Shown here one piece after another: positions 54,981-64,000 of a stretch of 64,000 nt of DNA (its first letter is position 1; each line of letters begins with the position of its first letter). The DNA comes from Zygnema circumcarinatum SAG 698-1b (lineage: Eukaryota; Plantae; Zygnematophyceae). The stretch lies in NCBI GenBank assembly GCA_037447605.1, contig CM074810.1:3072880-3136879 (forward strand). Reading direction: 5' to 3'. The position numbers were made by a program, and so were the translations under genes. The notes beneath the pieces are model-generated. The model saw only the letters and a program-made list of their open reading frames with translations, was not told the DNA's origin and ran no database searches.

Positions 54981-57331
54981 CTCTCCCTCTCTCTCTGTGC
55001 ATACTCCTCTTTCCCATTCTCGCGTTCTGCCCTCAACCACGCCTCTGTTTCGATCGCTGGTACCTTCGTCCTTGCGAGATCGAGCTTCTATTCTCGACAC
55101 ATGCTCCTCTCTCTCTCTCTCTCACTTGTTCGCTCCATTACCGTCACTTTGCTCTCACACTCTACCTTCACCGCTCTTGCTTTTGCTTCAACCCCCCAGG
55201 CTATTTGCTCTCGTTCGGTAGCGTTCCCCCTCCCTTCCCGTTCCCCCCCTCCTTCCCCANNNNNNNNNNCTCCCTCCCTCCCCTGTCTCCCCTGCAGATG
55301 GGTCTTGTCGGCGCGCGCCTCTCCTCGCAGTTCGTGGTTTCCAACGGGGACAATTTCTACGAGGACGGCCTCAAAGGCGCGGCCGATCCCTTCTTCTCCG
55401 AATCCTTCACTCGCATCTACACCGCCGCAAGCCTGCAGACCCCCTGGTATACAGGTGAGGAAAAATACATCACTTTTGGCTATATTTTTATCAATATATT
55501 ATTACATTCCATAAAATAACCTAACAATAATATATCATATATAGTGTATAACTTTTCTGAAGCAATTTTTTTTTTCCCCTTTTTTTTTGAGGGGGAGTCT
55601 GAGGATGGGGATCAGATTCGTTGTTAGCATTCAGATAAGGAGCTTTTTCACGTCAGATGTCTAATAAAAATCATACATTCTTACACTGTTCCGAAAAGTG
55701 ATTGTAAATTGCGGAATTTGGATTTAGCAGTTGAGACCTCTCTGAAGTCATCCATTCCCTTTTGGGATTGTATTTTGGGGTGTTAAAACGAATTCAGTAC
55801 TGGGCAACCACGACTACTATGGCGATGTTCTCTCACAGCTGAATGTGGAATTAGTAAATCGCGATCCGAGATGGCTCTGTCAGAGGAGTGGGCGCTTGGC
55901 AAAGAGCCTCTGTGCTCCGAATGAAAGTACGCATTCTATGTTGACCCCTCGATAAAGTTACACCCTTCACTTTGAGAGGCTCTTCCAATTCTTCCCACCC
56001 CTCTTTTTATTCGATTCGCTTGAATATCTTCTTCACCTTTTTACCTCATTTCTACTCAAAATTTGAAAGTCTCGTATTGACATTTTACGCTTCCCTCCCC
56101 TGCCTCCTCTCCCTCTCCTTCCCCCCCTTTTTTTTTCTTTAATTTTGCGATTTGTTGCAGATTTATGCTCGAATTCCGACATTGTGGAACTGTTTTTCTT
56201 TGATACTGTTCCCATGGTGAAGTCGTACCGCTCCTTGGTTTCGGAAAATGGAGTTCACAAAGTTGATTGGCGGGGCATTAACACGAGCGATTGGGAGGGA
56301 TATAACCGCCAACAAGTGAAGGTCAGAAACTTTTTTTTTTTTTTAATCTTCGTTATCGTTTTTTGAGAGAGGAGAAAATTGATCCAAACAGAATTTTTTT
56401 GGGCTTTTAATTTGTGGGGAATGGCGGTTTCGGGCTGCCTCAATGGGTCTGGAGAAGCCGATGTGGGGTTGACTGACACGTGGCGAGAGATGAATGGTGG
56501 GCAGGAGCTGGAGGATGCGCTGGCGAGCTCGGCTGCCACGTGGAAGATTGTGGTTGGCCACCACCCGCTGTACAGCTATGGCACCCACGGCGACCAGCAA
56601 GAGCTGATCGACCAAGTGAAGCCGGTGCTGGAGGTGAGGGAGAGGGAGAGGGAGAGGGAGGGGGANNNNNNNNNNGGGAGGGGGAGGGGGGAGGGAGGAG
56701 GGGGGAGGAGGAGGGGTTAAGGGGGTGGGGGAGGAGGGGGGGAGGGGAGATGGGGAGAGGGAGAGGGAGAGGGAAAGGGAAAGGGAAAGGGAGGGAGAGG
56801 GAGGAATATAAGCTCTACGACTGCTTGACATCTGCCGCCTGATCCCAAGAGCCTGATTTCTATCAGTATCTGGTGGAGGGTGCAGAAAGCGGGTGTTGAT
56901 GTTTGGCTGAACGGCCACGACCACAACATGCAGCACATCAAACGCGATGACAGGTGCAGGAATTTGCTCTTCTTAAGTTAAAAAAGCAACATCGATATAC
57001 TAACCCGTTCCTTTAGCCAATTCCCAATCCCTTGCCAACTTCCTGACTACCATTTTTCTTCATTTTTTGCCTTCTATCATGTTACCGGACGTTTTCACGA
57101 TTTTATATGGTTTGCTTTCTCCCTGTGGGCTGCAGCTCTGTTCACTACGTGACAAGTGGAGGGGGGTCAAAGGCCTTCAAGTCAACGCGCATGGAACCGT
57201 CAGGGAATTACGGACTTCAGTTTTGGTGGCCCGGACAGGGCTTCGCCGCTGTACAGGTCTCGCGGCGGAAGCTTCGCATCACCTTCCATGGCCTCGCGGG
57301 GGAGATGTACCGCTTCACTCTCACCAAGTAG
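54188..57331 (+). CDS. Purple acid phosphatase, low-molecular-weight PAP3/7/8/17 (ACP5-like) type, N-terminally membrane anchored; exons 54188-54298, 54732-54935, 55298-55454, 55798-55926, 56161-56321, 56505-56633, 56886-56953, 57136-57331
   Basis: All five metal-binding blocks are present: VGDWG, GDNFY, LGNHD, VVGHH, NGHDH, plus YVTSGGGSKA. GT-AG introns are phase compatible. Confidence 0.93.
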
Positions 57332-57709
57332 TCACTGACTGACTCACTGACTGACTGACTACTCGCTATTTAAATAACTAAATGACTTTTGTTTGACTAG
57401 TCATCGGCATAGTAATTGTTTTCTTTTTGTGCCTTGCGGGGCTTGTGAAGAGAGGCAGACATCTGCACCATTTTTCATGATCATCAACATGATTGTCATC
57501 AACATTTTTGTGTGTTGGCTCGCATTTGGTTGCAAGTTCTGACACTTAGTTGCAATGATGTATGACAAACTATCGACGATGAGGCTATCCCCTCCCTCCT
57601 TCCCTCCCTCCCTCCCTCCCTCCCTCCCTNNNNNNNNNNCCTCCCTCCCTCCCTTCTTCCCTCCCTCCCAGGGCAAGATGTACTGGGTGAGGGGGGAGGG
57701 GTATAGTGG

Positions 57710-57841
57710 CAACGGTTGAACGTCCAATGGCTGGCAACCATTGCCAGCCAATGGTTGCTATCATTGGCAATGGTTGATTCGGTCCGACCCTAATGGTTCG
57801 CAACCGTGGCAATGGCTAGCATGGTTGCAATCATTGGCAAT
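57710..57841. repeat. CCAATGG repeat family, copy 3, interrupted by two MITEs (resumes at 58283)
   Basis: GTCCAATGGCTGGCAACCATTGCCAGCCAATGGTTG... Removing the MITEs restores CATTGGCAATGGTTGC. Confidence 0.8.
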
Positions 57842-58000
57842 AGGGGGTGTCAGACTTAAAAAATTTCAGTACGCGTGTTCGTAAGTTTGACATCAGAACG
57901 AGTACTCCAGTATAATCGCGATCCTCCTGCGGCGGAGTACTTTCGTAACCTTTTTTTTCGTAACGCTTTTCGTAAGATTTTGTTAAGTCTGACACCCCCT
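57842..58000. mobile_element. 159-bp MITE (family A), AAT target-site duplication
   Basis: TIRs AGGGGGTGTCAGACTTAA / TTAAGTCTGACACCCCCT, with AAT at 57839-57841 and 58001-58003. Confidence 0.9.
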
Positions 58001-58003
58001 AAT

Positions 58004-58282
58004 AGGGGGAGTCAGACCTTGTCCATCGCCAAACCAATTCCGCGAGCCCGTCGGGCCAATTCCGCGTTGTACGGCAGGCCTTTTCCGCCAAAAGTGGACG
58101 TTCGACAGGCTCGGGCGCCGAGCCTGTATCTCATTTTTGTAACCTATTTCGAAGTACGGACGGGACAGACAGGTTCGGGGGGAGCCGTGGTTTCCGACCC
58201 GAATTCGGAAATCGAAATCAATACCTTTCCGCCGGCGAAATCTTTCAATTCCGCGGGCGATGGTCAAGGTCTGACTCCCCCT
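58004..58282. mobile_element. 279-bp MITE (family B), second copy in reverse orientation
   Basis: Reverse complement of 38707-38985 with scattered substitutions; AAT at 58001-58003 and 58283-58285. Confidence 0.93.
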
Positions 58283-58519
58283 AATGGTTGCAACGCGTTG
58301 CTAATCTACGGTTGGTAAGAATTACCATGGTTGATCCGATGGTAAGGCATGTGCCCATCCGTCCATCCATGCATGCATGTGTATCCACCTCGTTGGGCGG
58401 CCATGCCCAGCCCATGCCACCAGCCGCCCCTCCCCCAACCCTCCCAACTGCCTTCTAGCGATCTATGTCCATGCGCTCGCTGTATTTCGTCCGTCCAACG
58501 GAGCCAATCGACATGCTTC

Positions 58520-58553
58520 TCACGTCACGTCACGTCACGTCACGTCACGTCAC
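58520..58553. repeat. (TCACG)n pentamer microsatellite
   Basis: About 6-7 tandem TCACG units. Confidence 0.9.
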
Positions 58554-59577
58554 GGTACAATAACGGGACTGACGGCAGGTCACGTCTGCATACTGTAACG
58601 AAAGCGAAATTTGTCGTCGTCTGCGGACTCGTGCTAGAGGCACGTAGGAATCGTACGATCACAGGAAGGTGCCACGTGGCCTAATCCGCTTGCGCCACGT
58701 TGCGCCATGTCGTCACTCATCACACCGGCGGCCGCCAAACCGGCAGACCGTACATACCGAGCCGGCTGCGTTCGGGCGGGCACGTTTGTCGTTTGTACAG
58801 CGGACAGGCGGTGCCGGCCGGCGTGGCCGTGGGCTTAATAACCACGACTAGTTCCTCGTGGTTCTTCCCCATGATGATGTTGTGCATGTACATTTGATGG
58901 CATCATCGCCATGCGTGAGATCCATGCCATGTTCCTAACAATTCGAAATGAATTAATAAGGAACAACGAGCCGAAGGTTGTAGCCACTATGAAAGTCAGC
59001 CGAAATCCGAACAAATTAAGGGAAGTGAAATGAGGTGAGAAAATAACCAACTTCAAGAGAAACTGTACGAGCGATCCTTACTAAAGTTGTCGTGCTTGGC
59101 CGCAATAATAATGCGACGGGCAGGGTCTTTCTTTCTTTCTCTGGGCAGAGAGAGAGAGAGGACATCTCAACATCTCACCCTGAGCCCTTCTATGAACCCA
59201 TCTTGTACCCACTCACCATCCACAACTGCCCTTAACAATCGCACCAAGCAAAAGCATGAAATGTAATGAAGCAACAAGTTTGGCAGTGCAACTTGCAGCT
59301 TGCAGGAGGGCAGGAATTGGGAACCCTAAATCGCTAGCACGCTGCAAAATAAATTGGCGGCGAACGCGCCCGGGTACCGGGACGGCTGCGGACGCTGGCC
59401 GCCGCCGACGGACGTTTTCTGCGTCCGTCGGGGGACGAGGGGGAGGGAGGGAGGGAGCACGTGGCGGGAGGAGGTCGCGCCACGTGGCATCCGCACATGC
59501 GAGGGAAGCTGACGGGGATCCACGTGGCGACGGGGGGAGAGCTGCATGGGCTGCTTCTGCAGGTGTGTGCCCCCCCT

Positions 59578-59655
<78 letters not shown>

Positions 59656-60982
59656 TCTTCCCCGCGAATTCAGAAATGCGGCACGGTTTCGAAAGGCTGA
59701 CTGTTGGCGGACCGATTCAATCTCCGTGGAATGAAGGAAGGAGGGGCGATGAAAGTGCTGGAAGCTGTCAAAGCCCGCGACTGCAGTGAGACCTAACACC
59801 GCGCGCGGACAGCCTTGGGGTGTTTGCTTGCTCTAATGTTCAAATGTTCCAATGCTGCTGCCGAGCTGAATTGAAGGGGAGGCTTTAGGAATGAGTTAGG
59901 GCTGCCTCGAACCTTTGGACGTGCGGGTCCAATTGCTGAACAGGCCAGAAGCGAGGTCCACCGTCAACATGTCCCCGAAGAACTACTTTGTGAAGCCTAA
60001 TGATTGATTGTCAATGCCACTTTTGGGCGTGAGATTTCAATTATGAATGGTGTTTCTTTCTCGAACTTCCATTTTGCCAAAAACGCATTGGTGGTACGGT
60101 ATTGCATAACCGTTCGATGTATACTTACTTTTAAAGTATTTTATTTTCCTACTTTTTTGAGGTATCCCTTCCCCCCCCCCCCACCCCAGGCTCCCCTTTC
60201 CTTTATTTTTATGTGCAGCGCCTTCCATACCGCACTGCACAAAACCCTAAAAAACACTTTCATCCTCGCTTCTTATTCCTGCCTTTAACTCGCCTAGCCA
60301 TGACCTCCATGCTCCCGGTCCGTCGGACATTTCTTGAAGTCATTAGCTACCCTATTGTTCATTTTAATTTGATGCCGTTACTGTGTTCGTTTGGTGTACT
60401 ATTCGTCACCTCTTTTGTCTGATAGTAGAATCAGGGTTTCTGTCTTCTGCAGGGGTAGAAACAAAGGTGAATCTGCTGCTTGAATATTCGTTTGAGGAGG
60501 TCCATTGAAGCAGATAGCAGAGAAGAAGGCCTTCGGCTTTCACTATTAACTATGTCCTTTTATCAGGTTTTGGCCCCCCCTTTGTTTTGCCCTACTACAG
60601 AATTCAGGTTCTAAATGCATTCAGTTTTATTCTTATTCATGAACCCCTTTCCCCTAAAAATGTGGTTGCAAGTTCTCCCTTTAGAGCCGTTCAACTATCT
60701 TTGAAGTATTCCTCTTTCCGAACGTTTGTAGTCTTTTTTTGCCATGCTATCCCTACATTTGAACATGACAGCATAGTTCTTGAGTCCTCATCAGAAACTT
60801 CTTTAACTAAAGTTTCCTAGATTTTAAAGTGATGTGAAAGACCTTCATCCATCCAAAATTCACAACTTTACACTTCAAATTACACACAATACAGCTCTAG
60901 ATACATCTGATTCTATACTGCAGGTGCAGTTTTCCATCCCTACATTCACACCATTCATTTGAAGCTCAGATTTGCTCTGCAG

Positions 60983-61986
60983 ATGAGCCCCTCTTGCCCG
61001 CCAGATGGCAGCTTCCCAGAGGCTGCTTCAGCTCCCAAAACCCTAAATTTCGACAAATCTCCGCTTGCCAGCTGGAACGTGCAACAAACTGCTCTCCACC
61101 TTTTGGAAGGCACTGATTGGCTGACAGAATTCGGATTTCTCGATGAAAATCCGAGCGATGAACTCGCAAAAGTTGGAGATACTTTCAGCGAATTAGAGGG
61201 GCAGAAAATTGCTGAAATTTCTGTTCAAGATCCGCAGTGCGATGCTTCCTGCAATTGCAGCGATTGTGCACTTCTTGAACAAGTTAGAGAGGATTGGGAG
61301 GGAGCTATCATAGATAGCTCTGCCCCACTCATTGATCCTCTCCCTCCATCTCTCCCTTCTTTGGAATCAGATCAACGGTCAGATTCACATGCAGAGGCAT
61401 CTTTAAGTCCGAAATCAGAGAATGGGCATGTTGGAGCAGAAGTTCAAGAGGAGTTTCAACTGAGTGAAAAGTTGAATTCTAGTTCAGACTCGGTTTCTGG
61501 TCCACATGTAGGGAGGGAGAGAAAGGGGAGAGAGGCGAGGGAGGAGAGAGTCTTGCAGGAGAAGAAGCGGAAACTGAAGGGTTCTGATTCCTCTGTGAGA
61601 GAGGATGAGAGAGAGAGAGGAGGCTTGCAGAGAGAGCAGGGAAGTGGGAGCACTACTTTGGCTCTCTCTGCGGGTCTCCCCTTCTTTCAGAGAGACGATA
61701 GTCTCGCAAAGCGTTTAGCAGAAGTTGTGGGAGAGACCTACCGGCCCCCTCCCGAGCCGGAGGTGCTCTCTACCACTGTTCAAGACTGCGTTAGGGCTAA
61801 GCAGCGAAGCTTAACCTCTTCGGGAGAGAAGGAGAGAGGTGGCTCAGGAGCAGCTCTCCCGAAACATTGGGTGAGAGAATCGACCATTGGGAAACAACTT
61901 ATTGCCTTTGCGGAGGCCATTGCAACTGATGATGAGGCGAGTCCTCTCTCTCTCTCTCTCTATCTATCTCTCTCTCTCTCTTTCTT

Positions 61987-62017
<31 letters not shown>

Positions 62018-63154
62018 CTCTCGCTCTCTCTCTCTTTCTTTCTCTCTCTCTTTCGCTTTCTTGCCCTCTTTCCCTCATATCTCTGTGTATTCACTCTTGG
62101 TTTTTGCTGCAAATATAAGGATGGAGAAACCCTAATGTTCTAAATTTGAACTTGATTTTCTTACACTTGGCAGAACCGTGGGAGATTTTTGATGAAGATG
62201 CTGCGAGATGTGGCCAATGCGAACGGAGGTCCAATGGAGAGAATTGCTTATTACTTTATGGAGGGATTGTGGGCTCGCTCAGCTGGAAATGGAGCAGCGA
62301 ATTATTTGGTTTACGCACTGGCCCCTCCACAGGTACAAATCAGAGAAAAATGCACTCAAGAAGTTCAAATTTCTGGAAGGTTTCTTTCAGTTTTAGGTAA
62401 GAGAATATTGGATATCTTCAGTTTTGTATCTAGTTGGAGAGAAAACACGGAATTCTTTATCAGGGAAAGTCTCATTTTGTGGTATTGAATGACTTTATAA
62501 AGATTTTTAGGGTTTTTTTTTCCTAAGTGGTCAAAATTCACACTTTAGGGAGGGGTTATAAAGGCTCTGAAGTTCCGGCTATTGTAGCCTTTGTTTGCCT
62601 ATATGGAATAAAAATAGCTTTACTATTCCCGTCAGAATAGAAACCCTAATCTTCCTCCTCCTCTGCAATTTTGAATTCTGAACTCCTGAGAAAACATTTG
62701 CCAAGGATGTTTTCATGAATTAAGAACGGAAGTTGGGGGCTCGAAGACGATCAGACCCCATCCTTGTCTCAACCATAATCGACCAAACTCACTCCTATTC
62801 TAGTTTCCAAAAACACCACTTCAGCAGTTTTCGACGGTTATCGTCCCTGCAGAGCAAAAGAGAAAGTTTTTGCCAGGAAACCTCCCTGCAGAGCAACTGA
62901 ACACTCAGTTTTTGCTGTGGGCCTCCCCCTGCATGACGCAGCAAATCTCGGCTTGTTTGACGGAGATCAACAAGCAGCTGCCGCTCATGCAGTTCATGGC
63001 GACGGCAGCGATCGGAAACTTCCTGGAAGCGAGCGAGGGTGAGGCGCACATCCACATATTGGACCTCGGAGTGTGGCACGGAAACCACTGGCCGGACTTC
63101 ATGAGGAGACTGGTCGGGAGGCCGGGGCCTGTGCCCACTCTTCGCATAACCAAG
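60983..63154 (+). CDS. GRAS family transcriptional regulator, 5' part; exons ~60983-61936, 62174-62332, ~62942-63154; continues beyond the window
   Basis: LHR-I-like KQLIAFAEAIATDDE/NRGRFLMKMLRDVANANGGPMERIAYYFMEGLWARSAG and VHIID-like FLEASEGEAHIHILDLGVWHGNHWPDFMRRLVGRPGPVPTLRITK. Start codon uncertain; intron 1 is GC-AG. Confidence 0.88.
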
Positions 63155-63165
63155 GTAGCCATAGT

Positions 63166-64000
<835 letters not shown>

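Overview
Repeat-rich, intron-rich eukaryotic nuclear DNA from a green plant lineage. It is most likely a streptophyte alga such as a zygnematophyte; this is inferred from an intron-containing GRAS gene, a SIG5-like plastid sigma factor and an RKD-type RWP-RK gene. Ten spliced genes can be reconstructed by hand: the 3' part of ispD/MCT, an RKD5-like RWP-RK factor, a DUF6737-like protein, a conserved plant type-II membrane protein (DUF7796-like), an uncharacterised S/T/P-rich protein, a bacterial-type (RfnT-like) MFS transporter, a SIG5-like sigma factor, TMEM147, a membrane-anchored purple acid phosphatase and the 5' part of a GRAS gene. An acidic ORF is cut by a scaffold gap. Non-coding DNA holds two large satellites, interstitial (CCCTAA)n/(TTAGGG)n arrays, a dispersed CCAATGG repeat family, a foldback element, a MITE family with 3-bp AAT/ATT target duplications, a TAA-flanked Harbinger-like element and a truncated MULE with a FAR1-type domain. 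A 1,233-bp gap-flanking duplication is probably an assembly artefact. Most ORFs in the supplied track are low-complexity noise. No rRNA, tRNA or CRISPR array is supported. Family names come from motif recognition, not database searches.
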